Part shown: in pieces, positions 36,491 to 46,196 of the stretch
Layout: each line of letters opens with the position of its first letter
Position numbering within the stretch: position 1 is the stretch's first letter
Assembly (NCBI RefSeq): GCF_004353825.1
Contig: NZ_SMNA01000001.1
Location: 372,001 to 436,000 of the forward strand
Source: Occultella glacieicola
GTDB taxonomy: Bacteria; Actinomycetota; Actinomycetes; Actinomycetales; Beutenbergiaceae
Reading direction: 5' to 3'
Length of the DNA: 64,000 nucleotides
Notes under the pieces: model-generated
What the model saw: the letters and a program-made list of their open reading frames with translations, nothing else
What the model was told of the DNA's origin: nothing
Databases searched by the model: none
Made by a program: the position numbers and the translations under genes

Positions 36491-37474
36491 TCAGCGGCGA
36501 TGGGTCGCGATGTGGGCGAGGGTGCCGGCGACGCACTCCGCGTCCTCCCGGTCCTGACCCGGGTACTCGGTGTGGCCGGCGGAGCGCACGTACAGTTCCT
36601 TCGGCCCGGCGAGGCCGTTGTGGACGGCGAACTGGCCCGGCGGCGGCACGGCGGGATCCCAGAGTGCGGCCTCCACCCGGGTCGGGACGGTGATCCGGGT
36701 GGCCGAGGTCGAGGCGTCGAAGAACCGCAGTACCTCACGGGCCTCGGGGTGCGCGGCGACGTGGTGGCGCACCGACTCCCCGCTGCCGGTGCACGGCATC
36801 CGCAGCCGCAGGTCGTGCTGGCCGAAGCTCGGCACCACCAGCGTGGCGCCGAAGAAGCGGTCGTCCCAGGGCAGCGCAAGGGCGCCCTGCCCGCCGCCGA
36901 AGCTCGCGCCGTGGAAGTACAGCGGCAGGTCCCCGGCGAGCCGGGTCAGGGCGGTCGCGGCGCACCAGAGGTCGGCGGCGCACCCACCGAGGATGTACGT
37001 CGCCACCGAGCCGATGCCCACCAGCACGTGCTCCGCGCCGACCGCAGGGACGCCGTCGATCAGGCTCGCGGCCGGCAGCCCGCGGGCGACCGGGAAGAGG
37101 GCGGCGGCGTCCGCCGGGACCCCGGCCAGATCCGGGGCCATCCGCCCGCCGTACCCGTGGCTGACCACGAGCCCGAGCTCCGGCGACCCGGCCACCGGCA
37201 GCGCGAGCCATCCGCCGAGCGTCAGACCGTCGGTGGTCCGGAACCGCACGGCGTGCAGCTCGTGGACGCCCGTGCGCCCGATCGGGGTGAGCACCGGCGA
37301 CGGGTCGACCTCCCGGGCCCGTGCCGCGAGATCCCGCCAGAATGCGTCGAAGCCCGGTGGTGCCGGCACCGGCTCGACGGCGAGCAGGTCCGGCAGGTCG
37401 TGGCCGTAGGTGGCGTCGGCGGTGTCGGTGCCGAACCACTCCTCGAACGGGGGGCGCCGGCTCGTCGTGGTCAC
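36491..37474 (-). CDS. Acetylxylan esterase (AXE1/CE7-like)
   Basis: PPGFDAFW, HGYGG, GASFGG, DPAVPP, AGH. Confidence 0.88.
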   Translation of the reverse strand: MTTTSRRPPFEEWFGTDTADATYGHDLPDLLAVEPVPAPPGFDAFWRDLAARAREVDPSPVLTPIGRTGVHELHAVRFRTTDGLTLGGWLALPVAGSPELGLVVSHGYGGRMAPDLAGVPADAAALFPVARGLPAASLIDGVPAVGAEHVLVGIGSVATYILGGCAADLWCAATALTRLAGDLPLYFHGASFGGGQGALALPWDDRFFGATLVVPSFGQHDLRLRMPCTGSGESVRHHVAAHPEAREVLRFFDASTSATRITVPTRVEAALWDPAVPPPGQFAVHNGLAGPKELYVRSAGHTEYPGQDREDAECVAGTLAHIATHRR

Positions 37475-37538
37475 GCCGCAACGTTATCGATGCCCGCACC
37501 GGTGCCGTCGCCGCCGAGGGCGACCCTCGAACGATTCG

Positions 37539-37579
37539 TCCGACGATGGTTGAAACCTTCGAAGGTGAACGTCGTCGGA
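37539..37579. repeat. Imperfect inverted repeat with a central perfect palindrome, between divergent genes
   Basis: TCCGACGA..ACCTTCGAAGGT..TCGTCGGA. Confidence 0.5.
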
Positions 37580-37640
37580 TCGGTACCGAGTCCGGCCGCG
37601 AGTGACGACACGGCGCAGGTTCGCGTGATAGGACCGTGCG

Positions 37641-39851
37641 GTGACCACCAACACGTTCGGCAATGACGCGACCACCCCACCCGCCGCCGCGGCGAGCACG
37701 GCCGACACCCCGGCCAACGCGACCGGCACCTCCCCGGCTCCCGGGTCCGGCGAGGCCGCCGCCCCGCCCACCCCCTTCCACGACCTCGACGCCTACCTCG
37801 CGCTGCCCCGCGTGGGCGGCCTGACGATGTCCCCGGACGGCACCCGCCTGGTCGTGGGTGTCGCCGCCCTGAACCACGACTCGACGGCGTACGTCACCTC
37901 GCAGTGGGACGTGGACCCGGCGGGGGAGCGGCCCGCGCGTCGGATCACCCGCGGCACGAAGGGCGAGAGCCAGGCCACGTTCACCGCGGCCGGCGACCTG
38001 CTGTTCGTCGCGAAGCGGGCCACCGCCGAGACCGGCGAGGACAAGGCCAAGCCGGCCCTGTGGGTGCTGCCCGCCGGCGGCGGGGAGGCCCGGGTGCTGG
38101 CCACCAGGCCCGGCGGCGTCGGCGGCATCACCGCGGCCCGCGCCGCGGACACGGTGGTCGTCACGGCGGACACGCTGCCCTCGGCCACGGACACCGAGTC
38201 CGAGCAGAGGCTGCGGGACCTGCGCTCGGACACGAAGGTGAACGCCATCCTGCACACCGGTTACCCGGTCCGGTACTGGGACTCCGACCTCGGCCCGGAC
38301 CGACCCCGGCTGTACGTCGCGGAGGCGACCTCCGCCGTCGTCGCGGATGCTCCGGACGAGGCGCCGGAGGCGCCGGCCGACCCCGACGCGCCCCTCGACC
38401 TGCGCGACCTGACCCCGGACGCCGGCGCCCACCTGACCAACACCGGGCTCGACCTGAGCGCCGACGGGACCACCGTGGTCACCTCCTGGAACCGCCCGAT
38501 GGCCAAGGGCGCGGTGCGGTCGATCCTGGTGCGCATCGACGTGGCCTCCGGAGAGCGCACCACGATCGCCGACGAACCGGAGGCGGAGTTCGGCGGCGCC
38601 CGCATCAGCCCGGACGGCAGCCGCGTCGCGTACATCCGCGAGACCCTGTCCACCCCGGAGACCGCGCCCGTGGTCACGCTCCACGTCGCCGGCATCGACG
38701 GCACGTCCCCGCAGCGGCTCGGGGCCGACTGGGACGACTGGCCGGCGTCGCTGACGTGGCTGCCGGACGGCTCCGGGCTGCTCGTGACCGCGGACGACGA
38801 CGGCCGCTCGCCGGTGTTCAAGCTCACCCTGGACGGTGAGCGCAGCCGGCTCACCCCGGACGACGCCGCGTACACCGACGTGGTCGTGGCCCCGGACGGG
38901 TCGGCCGCCTACGCGCTGCGCAGCTCCTACGAGTTCCCGGCCGAGGTGGTCCGGATCGATCTGTCCGAGGGCGCCGCCGACCCGGTCACGGCACTGCGCT
39001 CGCCGGCCCCGCGCCCGAGCCTGCCCGGCACCCTCACGGAGGTCGAGACGACCGCCGCCGACGGCGCCCGGGTGCGGGCCTGGCTGGCCGTGCCCGAGGG
39101 TGCCACCGAGGCCGACCCCGCCCCGCTGGTGCTGTGGATCCACGGCGGCCCGCTCGGTTCGTGGAACGCCTGGAGCTGGCGCTGGTGCCCCTGGCTGCTG
39201 GTCGCGCAGGGCTACGCGGTGCTGCTCCCGGACCCGGCGCTGAGCACCGGCTACGGCCAGGACTTCATCCAGCGTGGCTGGGGCGCGTGGGGTGCGGCGC
39301 CGTACACCGACCTGATGGCGGTGACCGACGCCGCGGAGGCGTTGCCCGAGATCGACGCCACCCGGACCGGCGCGATGGGCGGCTCGTTCGGCGGCTACAT
39401 GGCGAACTGGGTGGCCGGCCACACCGACCGGTTCAACGGGATCGTCACGCACGCGAGCCTGTGGGCCCTGGACGGGTTCGGCACCACCACGGACGCCGGC
39501 TACTTCTGGGGCCGGGAGATGACCCCGCAGATGGCGCTCGCCAACTCGCCGCACCTGTCCGTGGAGAAGATCGCCACCCCGATGCTCGTGATCCACGGGG
39601 ACAAGGACTACCGGGTGCCGATCGGCGAGGGCCTGCGGCTCTGGTACGAACTGCTCAGCAAGTCGGCGCTGCCGGCGGACGAGGACGGCCACAGCCCACA
39701 CCGGTTCCTGTACTTCCCGGACGAGAACCACTGGGTGCTCACCCCGCAGCACGCGAAGGTCTGGTACCAGGTGGTCTCCGCCTTCCTGGCCGAGCACGTG
39801 CTCGGCCGGACCGGGGACGAGGCGCCGTCGCTGCCGGAGTCGCTCGGGTAG
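37641..39851 (+). CDS. S9 family (prolyl oligopeptidase/acylaminoacyl) peptidase
   Basis: SPDG propeller repeats, IHGGP, GGSFGG, HGDKDYR, ENHW. Confidence 0.93.
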   Translation: MTTNTFGNDATTPPAAAASTADTPANATGTSPAPGSGEAAAPPTPFHDLDAYLALPRVGGLTMSPDGTRLVVGVAALNHDSTAYVTSQWDVDPAGERPARRITRGTKGESQATFTAAGDLLFVAKRATAETGEDKAKPALWVLPAGGGEARVLATRPGGVGGITAARAADTVVVTADTLPSATDTESEQRLRDLRSDTKVNAILHTGYPVRYWDSDLGPDRPRLYVAEATSAVVADAPDEAPEAPADPDAPLDLRDLTPDAGAHLTNTGLDLSADGTTVVTSWNRPMAKGAVRSILVRIDVASGERTTIADEPEAEFGGARISPDGSRVAYIRETLSTPETAPVVTLHVAGIDGTSPQRLGADWDDWPASLTWLPDGSGLLVTADDDGRSPVFKLTLDGERSRLTPDDAAYTDVVVAPDGSAAYALRSSYEFPAEVVRIDLSEGAADPVTALRSPAPRPSLPGTLTEVETTAADGARVRAWLAVPEGATEADPAPLVLWIHGGPLGSWNAWSWRWCPWLLVAQGYAVLLPDPALSTGYGQDFIQRGWGAWGAAPYTDLMAVTDAAEALPEIDATRTGAMGGSFGGYMANWVAGHTDRFNGIVTHASLWALDGFGTTTDAGYFWGREMTPQMALANSPHLSVEKIATPMLVIHGDKDYRVPIGEGLRLWYELLSKSALPADEDGHSPHRFLYFPDENHWVLTPQHAKVWYQVVSAFLAEHVLGRTGDEAPSLPESLG

Positions 39852-39852
39852 G

Positions 39853-40563
39853 TCAGCCGACGGCGAGGTCGTCCAGGGCGAGGTCGGAGCCCACGATCGC
39901 GACCTGGACGCCGCCGTCGACCACGGTGACCTCGGTGAGCTCGACGCCCTCCGGCAACTGCTCGATCGGCACGTCCATGCCGCCGAGGTCGCCGAGCAGG
40001 TTCCCCGGGATGTCCTCGGCGGCCACGCTCGCGCCGCCGATGCTGAAGCTGACCGGGGTCACGCTGATCGCGTTCCCGTTCGCGACCGGCTCCAGCCCGA
40101 CCGTGACCGGGAGCCCGAGCAGGCTCGCCGTCGCCACCAGTTGGCCGTCGACCACGTCGATACCGACGCCCTCGGGCACGTCCTCGGAGGAGGCCAGGGC
40201 GGCCTGCAGGGTCTCGACCGGCAGGGTCATCCGCAGGTCGAGGTCGTCGATGGTGCGAGGCTCACCCGTGCTCACGCCGAGCAGTCGCACGTCCACGTCC
40301 TGGAACGTCAGGTCCTGATATGTGGCCGATGCGGACGTGAACCGCACGTCGTCGAGCCGGCCCATGAGCACCTGGGGCAGGAACAGGAGGCCGCCGATCT
40401 CGACGTCGATGTCACCGGAGAGCTCCGGCACCGACGTGGTGATCTCGTCCTCGAGCTGGGCCTCGGTCTGCGCCACCAGGTAGCGGTCGACGGCGAACGC
40501 GGCGCCGAGCAGCACGACCAGGAGCACCAGGGTGCCGAGCAGGATCTTCCATCCGCGGGACAT
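39853..40563 (-). CDS. DUF2993/LmeA-like membrane-anchored protein
   Basis: N-terminal TM, DVEIGG..FLPQV..G.LDDV, LPEGV. Confidence 0.8.
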   Translation of the reverse strand: MSRGWKILLGTLVLLVVLLGAAFAVDRYLVAQTEAQLEDEITTSVPELSGDIDVEIGGLLFLPQVLMGRLDDVRFTSASATYQDLTFQDVDVRLLGVSTGEPRTIDDLDLRMTLPVETLQAALASSEDVPEGVGIDVVDGQLVATASLLGLPVTVGLEPVANGNAISVTPVSFSIGGASVAAEDIPGNLLGDLGGMDVPIEQLPEGVELTEVTVVDGGVQVAIVGSDLALDDLAVG

Positions 40564-40581
40564 GGGCCCCACGGTAAGCGA

Positions 40582-41301
40582 TCAACCCTGGGAACCACCC
40601 AGGTGATCACCGAGGAACGCCAGGGTGACCGGCCAGGCCGCGGCGGCGGCACGCGCGTGGTGGAACATCGGGTTCGGGTTGTCGAAGGCGTGACCGGCGC
40701 CCTCGTGCAACCGGAACTCGGCGCTGCCGTTGTCAGCGGTGACCGCGGCCCGGATCGTCTCGACCGACTCCAGGGGGATGTAGGCGTCCTCGGTCCCGAA
40801 GTGGTGCAGGCTCGGCGCCGTGATCGCCGGCGCCAGGGCGAGCAGGGCCGGCAGTGCCGAGCCGTAGTAGGAGACCAACGCGTCCACAGGCTCGAGCGCG
40901 GCCACGTTGAACGCGAGCCCGCCGCCGTAGCAGAAGCCGACCACGCCGACGCCGCCGCTGACCTCGGGGGCCGCCCGCAGCGCCGCCAGGGTCACGCGCG
41001 CGTCGCCGAGGGCATCCGCCCACGGCAACCGCCCGGCCAGCGCCATCCCACGCTCGAGCACGTCGGGCGCCGCCTCGTCGAGCTCGCCGTCCGCCAGCCG
41101 CCAGTACAGCTGCGGCGCGTACACGACGTACCCGGCCCGCGCCAGATCCGCGGCGCGGCCGCGGATGTACTCGCTGACGCCGAAGATCTCCTGCAGCAGG
41201 AGCAGGCCGGGGCCGGTGCCCGACGGCGGCCGCCACCGGTGCACGGGCAGGTCGCCGGAGTCCGTGGTGAGGGTGAGCACGTCATGGGTCGGGTCGGTCA
41301 T
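40582..41301 (-). CDS. Dienelactone hydrolase family protein
   Basis: LQEIFG, GFCYGG, SYYG, AGHAF. Confidence 0.93.
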   Translation of the reverse strand: MTDPTHDVLTLTTDSGDLPVHRWRPPSGTGPGLLLLQEIFGVSEYIRGRAADLARAGYVVYAPQLYWRLADGELDEAAPDVLERGMALAGRLPWADALGDARVTLAALRAAPEVSGGVGVVGFCYGGGLAFNVAALEPVDALVSYYGSALPALLALAPAITAPSLHHFGTEDAYIPLESVETIRAAVTADNGSAEFRLHEGAGHAFDNPNPMFHHARAAAAAWPVTLAFLGDHLGGSQG

Positions 41302-41397
41302 GATCGTCACCGTAGCTCGCCGCGTTCCCTCCCGCGGGGGAGCACCATCACCGGATCGCGGGATCTGCCGAGTTGCCCGGTCGGCGAGCGTGGAGGC

Positions 41398-41853
41398 ATG
41401 ACCACACAGACTGCAGGACAGACCGCCCAGGTGGCGCCGTCGACGACGGCTCGCACACCGAACCGCCTCACCATCGTCGCCGGCTGGTCGACGGTGGTCA
41501 TCGCCGCCGCTCACACGGCGGTCTTCGCGGGCAACCCCTACTGGGCCGACTGGCTCGGCGGCGCGATCCGGAACGGTACGGCCGACGTCGGGGCGATCGC
41601 CACGTTCTGGGCCCTGCCCGGCAGTTTCGTGCCGATCGCCATCCTGTTCGGGCTGCTGACCGTTCGGCTCGGGCGCCGCGGGGAGCGGCTGCCGGGCTAC
41701 GCCGGCTGGGTGCTGCTCGGCTGGTCCCTCGGCTGCGCCTACATGGTCGGACCGAGCGGCTTCCTGCTGGTCCTGGTGCCCGCGATCCTGCTCATCGTCG
41801 CCTCACTGCCCCGGTTCCGTCCGGACGTCGGTGACCGGAGCGCGCACCGCTGA
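41398..41853 (+). CDS. Small membrane protein (DUF6463-like)
   Basis: GGAGG SD; 4 TM segments, FWALPGSF, PSGF. Confidence 0.7.
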   Translation: MTTQTAGQTAQVAPSTTARTPNRLTIVAGWSTVVIAAAHTAVFAGNPYWADWLGGAIRNGTADVGAIATFWALPGSFVPIAILFGLLTVRLGRRGERLPGYAGWVLLGWSLGCAYMVGPSGFLLVLVPAILLIVASLPRFRPDVGDRSAHR

Positions 41854-41890
41854 AATTCCGTTGCCCGGCGCGCGCATCGGAACCTACCGT
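41853..41890 (+). promoter_or_regulatory. WhiB7-type promoter upstream of erm
   Basis: AAATT, 3 nt, TTGCCC (-35), 18 nt, TACCGT (-10). Confidence 0.6.
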
Positions 41891-41897
41891 CGCCGTC

Positions 41898-41984
41898 ATG
41901 AGCAACTACTTCATGATGGTGCGTCGTGTCCGGGAACGGGCAGCGACGCTGGGGCTGGCACCGGCTCCGGACGACCTGGGCTGA
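41898..41984 (+). CDS. Putative leaderless erm leader peptide MSNYFMMVRRVRERAATLGLAPAPDDLG
   Basis: ATG 7 nt after the -10; out of frame with erm and overlapping its start. Confidence 0.55.
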   Translation: MSNYFMMVRRVRERAATLGLAPAPDDLG

Positions 41985-42528
41985 ACGGATCCTCGACGGC
42001 ATCGCCGTCGGTGAGGGCGACCTCGTCCTCGATCTCGGCTCCGGGACGGGTGCGCTGACCCTGCCGCTGGCCGCGCGCGGCGCCCGGGTGATCGCGGTGG
42101 AACTGCACGCCGGCCGGGCCAGGTCGCTGCGCCACGCCGTCGCCGGTCAGGACCGGGTGCAGGTGGTGGAGGGTGACCTGCTGGAGACACCGCTGCCCCG
42201 GAGGCCGTTCCGGGTCGTCGCGAACCCGCCCTACGCCGTCGCCGCGGCCCTGGTCCGGCGCCTGACCGGCCGGGACTCGGCGCTGCGCCGGGCCGACCTG
42301 GTGGTGCCCCGGTGGATGGCGAACCGGTACGCCGCCGCCCCGCCGCGCGGGTTCACGGCCGAGGTCGGCGCGCACGTGCCGGCCGCCGCCTTCGACCCGC
42401 CGCCCCGGGCGGACAGCGCCGTGCTGGTGCTGCGCCGGACCCGGGCGCCGCAGCGACGCCAGGGTCAGCGGGGCCGGCAGGGTCAGCGGGGTCGACGGGG
42501 CCGGCGGGCCGCCCCCATGCGCCGCTGA
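41926..42528 (+). CDS. erm: 23S rRNA adenine-N6 methyltransferase, short Erm(37)/Erm(41)-like
   Basis: RRWGWHRL, VLDLGSGTGALT, VIAVELH, RRPFRVVANPPY, FDPPPRADSAVL. Confidence 0.85.
   Translation: MSGNGQRRWGWHRLRTTWAERILDGIAVGEGDLVLDLGSGTGALTLPLAARGARVIAVELHAGRARSLRHAVAGQDRVQVVEGDLLETPLPRRPFRVVANPPYAVAAALVRRLTGRDSALRRADLVVPRWMANRYAAAPPRGFTAEVGAHVPAAAFDPPPRADSAVLVLRRTRAPQRRQGQRGRQGQRGRRGRRAAPMRR
42460..42504 (+). repeat. 18-bp tandem repeat encoding QGQRGR in the Erm tail
   Basis: CAGGGTCAGCGGGGCCGG then CAGGGTCAGCGGGGTCGA. Confidence 0.7.
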
Positions 42529-42579
42529 CCGTGCCGACCGGCCGGCCGGCCGCTCGGGCCAGCGACCGTCGGCCGTGAG

Positions 42580-44217
42580 TCACGCCTGTGCGGCGTGTGC
42601 CTCCTCGTACTCGGCCCGGATGTCGTCCCCGCCACCGGACTTCCACGAGGCGACCGTCTCGTCCCAGGAGTCCACCGGTTCCCGACCGAGCAGGATCCCG
42701 TTGCGGGCGTCGTTCAGCATCGTGGTCAGTTGCCCGCCGACCCGGCCCTGGGTCTCGGAGTACAGGCCCCAGGAGGCCGTGAGGGAACTGGCCGGAACGG
42801 CGACCGCCTGGTGGTCGTACACCGCCTGGGCCACGTCCGGGCGCCCGGGGAAGTACGTCTCCTTGGGTGCGTCGACGAGGTACTCGACCGGGAACGCGCC
42901 GTTGGAGGTGTAGGCCAGGCCGTCCTGGGTGAGGACCGGCTCGCTGCCCTCGAACTCGAACGTCACGCCCTCGATGCCGTAGCTGCGGAACAGGTGCTCC
43001 TCGGTTCCGAACGGTGCGGCCAGGTAGTTCAGGACCTGCAGCAGCAGCCGGATCCGGTCCGGGTCGGCCTGCGCCAGCGAGGTGAAGGAGTTGTTGGGCA
43101 TGCCCTGCCACATCGGGGCCGGCTCGCCGTCGGGGCCGGGCGCCACCTGGAGCCCGAGCCGGTAGGCGTCGCCGATCGTGTTCCGGGCGAAGAAGCCGGC
43201 CACGGCCGTGTAGGTGTCCTCGATCACGGCGGCCGAACCCTGGCTGAACCAGGCCTTGGCGTCGGCGTTCGCGCCGCCCACACCGTCGGGGTGGACGAGG
43301 CCCTCCTCGACCAGTCGGCGGCCGAACTCGAGCGCATCCTTCTGCTCCGGCACCTCCAGGGCGTGCGTGAACGCCCCGGCGTCGTCGACCATCCACTCGT
43401 TCGTGATGCCGACCATCGACTGCAGGACCACGAACGGGATCTCGGTGAGCGCCCAGGCGTTGCCCTGCGGGTCGGTCATGTCCCGGCACAGCTGCAGGAA
43501 CTCGTCGAGGCCGGCGAAGGACGGGTCGACGCCGCGGGCCTCGAACAGGTCGTCGCGGGTGAAGATGATCTGGGAGCCGGTGATACCCCGCTGCACCGGC
43601 AGGCCGTAGATCCTGCCGTTGAAGACGGTGCCTCGCCAGGAGTCGGTGGGCAGGTTCGCCAGGAACGGGTAGTCCGCGATCGCGTCGCCGGCCAGGAACT
43701 CGGTGAGGTCCTGGCACTTGGCCTCGAGGAACTGCGGCAGTTGCGACAACGAGTCGTCGACGTTGAAGATGTCGCCCAGGTTGTCGCCGGCCACCGCCGT
43801 GGCGAACCGTTGCGGGTAGTCGGCGCCGGGGGTGATGGACAGCTGCAGTTCCGAGCCGACCCGCTCGTTCAGCTCGGCCCAGTACGGGTTCCGGTCCGCC
43901 GTCGGCGGGATCGGGGCGAAGGTGCCCATCGAGGCCGAGACCGGTTCGCCGTCGCCCGGCTTCTCGGAGGTCGCCGGCTGCGGGTCGGACGGATAGGCGA
44001 AGAACACGTGCGGGATCCCACCCTCGCCCACGATGTCCGGCTGCACCCCCTCGTAGGGGATGTAGGTCGGCAGCACCGCCGCCGGGCCGGACGGGTCGCC
44101 GCCCGGCTCCGCCCCGGACGAGTCCGAGCAGCCGGCCAGGGTCGGTGCGGCGGCGAGGGCGGCCAGGCCGCCGAGACCTCCGCGCAGGACGTTGCGGCGG
44201 GAGATGAACGTGCTCAT
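42580..44217 (-). CDS. Carbohydrate ABC transporter solute-binding lipoprotein (Tat-exported)
   Basis: SRRNVL twin-arginine motif, LAGC lipobox, GRIYGLP, W...GG. Confidence 0.9.
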   Translation of the reverse strand: MSTFISRRNVLRGGLGGLAALAAAPTLAGCSDSSGAEPGGDPSGPAAVLPTYIPYEGVQPDIVGEGGIPHVFFAYPSDPQPATSEKPGDGEPVSASMGTFAPIPPTADRNPYWAELNERVGSELQLSITPGADYPQRFATAVAGDNLGDIFNVDDSLSQLPQFLEAKCQDLTEFLAGDAIADYPFLANLPTDSWRGTVFNGRIYGLPVQRGITGSQIIFTRDDLFEARGVDPSFAGLDEFLQLCRDMTDPQGNAWALTEIPFVVLQSMVGITNEWMVDDAGAFTHALEVPEQKDALEFGRRLVEEGLVHPDGVGGANADAKAWFSQGSAAVIEDTYTAVAGFFARNTIGDAYRLGLQVAPGPDGEPAPMWQGMPNNSFTSLAQADPDRIRLLLQVLNYLAAPFGTEEHLFRSYGIEGVTFEFEGSEPVLTQDGLAYTSNGAFPVEYLVDAPKETYFPGRPDVAQAVYDHQAVAVPASSLTASWGLYSETQGRVGGQLTTMLNDARNGILLGREPVDSWDETVASWKSGGGDDIRAEYEEAHAAQA

Positions 44218-44263
44218 GATGTGTTCCTTTCGATTCCGGGGGACGACGTCGCGGGGCGGGCGG

Positions 44264-45151
44264 TCAGCCTTTGACCGCTCCGGTGAGGACGCCTTTGGCG
44301 AAGTGACGCTGGAGGAAGGGGTAGACGATCAGGATCGGAACGATCGTGACCACGAGGATCGCCATCTGTACCGAGGCCTGCGGTGGCACCACGTCCACCG
44401 TGGCGCCGAGGTCGGAGGCCCCCAGCTCCGCGTTGTTGACGACGTAGGTGCGCAGCACGAGCTGGAGCGGCCACTTGCCGGAGTCGTTCATGTAGAGCAG
44501 CGCGTTGAAGAACGCGTTCCAGTACCCCACCGCGTAGAACAGCCCGATCACGGCCAGCACGGCCTTGGAGAGCGGCAGCACGATGTTCGTGAAGATCCGA
44601 AGGTGGCCGGCGCCGTCGATGCGGGCGGAGTCGGTCAGTTCCGCGGGGATGCCCATGAAGAAGGAGCGCAGGACGATCACGTTGAACCCGCTCAGGGCCG
44701 TCGGCAGGATCAGGGCCCAGTAACTGTCCAGCAGCCCGAACTCCTTGACCACCAGGTAGTTCGGGATCATCCCGGGCGAGAACAGCAGGGTCAGCAGCAC
44801 CAGCATCAGCATCGGCTTCTGCCCGAACGAACCCTGCCGGGAGAGGGCGTAGGCGAGCAGCGTCGAGGCGACCAGGCTCACCGCGGTTCCGACCACGGTG
44901 ATCCCGATGCTGACCAGCATCGCCTGCGAGACCACGCCACCGGCGAAGATCGACCGGTAGGCGTCCCAGGTGACGCTCGACGGGAACAGCACGAACCCGC
45001 CCGCCGCGTTGACCTGTTCACGGGTCGCCAGGCTGGTGGACACGATGCCGACGAACGGGATGATCACCAGGGCGCAGATCACCGTCAGTGCGATGCCCTT
45101 GACGGCACGCGCCGGCATCGGCGGTGCGTCCAGGCGGCGGGAGGCGCTCAT
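44264..45151 (-). CDS. Carbohydrate ABC permease
   Basis: EAA-like loop IPAELTDSARIDGA, YPFLQRHF..G....GAVKG. Confidence 0.93.
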   Translation of the reverse strand: MSASRRLDAPPMPARAVKGIALTVICALVIIPFVGIVSTSLATREQVNAAGGFVLFPSSVTWDAYRSIFAGGVVSQAMLVSIGITVVGTAVSLVASTLLAYALSRQGSFGQKPMLMLVLLTLLFSPGMIPNYLVVKEFGLLDSYWALILPTALSGFNVIVLRSFFMGIPAELTDSARIDGAGHLRIFTNIVLPLSKAVLAVIGLFYAVGYWNAFFNALLYMNDSGKWPLQLVLRTYVVNNAELGASDLGATVDVVPPQASVQMAILVVTIVPILIVYPFLQRHFAKGVLTGAVKG

Positions 45152-46149
45152 GACTTGTACACCCCCGCTTCCCCGAAGATGTGCGCGACCTTGTTGGCGC
45201 CGAGGACCAGGATCACGCCGACCACTCCCTTGACGAGTCCGACCGCTGCCGAGACGCCCCACTGCCCGCCGACGATGCCGTTGTTGTAGACGTAGGTGTC
45301 CAGGACCTCGCTCGCGGCCAGGCCGACACTGTGCTGCTGCAGGATGATCTGCTCGAAGCCGACCGTGAGGGAGTCGCCGAGCCGCAGGATCAGCAGCAGG
45401 ATGATCAGGCCGCGGATGCCCGGCAGGGTGACGTGCCAGAGCTGGCGGATCCGGGAGGCGCCGTCCACGCTGGCCGCCTCGTAGAGGGAGGAGTCGATCT
45501 GCGAGAGGGCGGCCAGGAACAGGATCGTCGCCCAGCCGGTGTCCTTCCAGATCACCTGGGTGGTCAGCAGGGTCACGAACAGGTCCGAGTTGCCCATCAG
45601 CGAGATCGGGTCGAGGCCATTCGCCCGCAGCGTGTTGTTGATGAGTCCGCTGCCGCCGACGATCTGCTGGAACACCGCGACCACGATCACCCAGGACAGG
45701 AAGTGCGGGAGGTACAGGATCGACTGGACCACGCGTTTGATCCGCTCGGACAGCAGGCTGTTCAGCAGCAGGGCCAGCGCGATCGGCGCCGGGAACACGA
45801 ACACGACCTGGACGAGGGTCAGCACGAGTGTGTTGCGCAGCGCACGCAGGAACGCCGGGTCGCCGTTGAGGATGACCTCGAAGTTCTCCAGCCCCACCCA
45901 CGGGCTGGACCCGAACGGCAGGAACGGGACGTAGTCCTGGAACGCGATCACGTTGCCGATCAGGGGCAGGTAGTGGAACCCCAGGACCAGGGCCATGCCG
46001 GGGACGGCCATCAGGATCAGGGCCCGGTCGCGGTGCAGCCGCCGGTACCAACGCTGCTTGTGCCGGCGTGACGGCGGGCGGGTCGCCCCGGTGACCGCCC
46101 GGGCCTCGGGGGCCCGTACGGCGACCGGGTCGGTCGCGGTGTGACTCAC
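45148..46149 (-). CDS. Carbohydrate ABC permease (LplB-like)
   Basis: WVGLENF, YLPHFLSWV, LYEAASVDGA; AGGAGGAG SD. Confidence 0.93.
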   Translation of the reverse strand: MSHTATDPVAVRAPEARAVTGATRPPSRRHKQRWYRRLHRDRALILMAVPGMALVLGFHYLPLIGNVIAFQDYVPFLPFGSSPWVGLENFEVILNGDPAFLRALRNTLVLTLVQVVFVFPAPIALALLLNSLLSERIKRVVQSILYLPHFLSWVIVVAVFQQIVGGSGLINNTLRANGLDPISLMGNSDLFVTLLTTQVIWKDTGWATILFLAALSQIDSSLYEAASVDGASRIRQLWHVTLPGIRGLIILLLILRLGDSLTVGFEQIILQQHSVGLAASEVLDTYVYNNGIVGGQWGVSAAVGLVKGVVGVILVLGANKVAHIFGEAGVYKS

Positions 46150-46196
46150 GCTCTCCTCCTTTGGACGCGTGTCGATGGATGGACGAGTGCCCGCAG

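Noticed and set aside
41926..42528. Housekeeping KsgA/RsmA
   Set aside because: Too short, lacks the GQNFL motif and C-terminal domain, and has the WGWH start typical of Erm(37)/(41)
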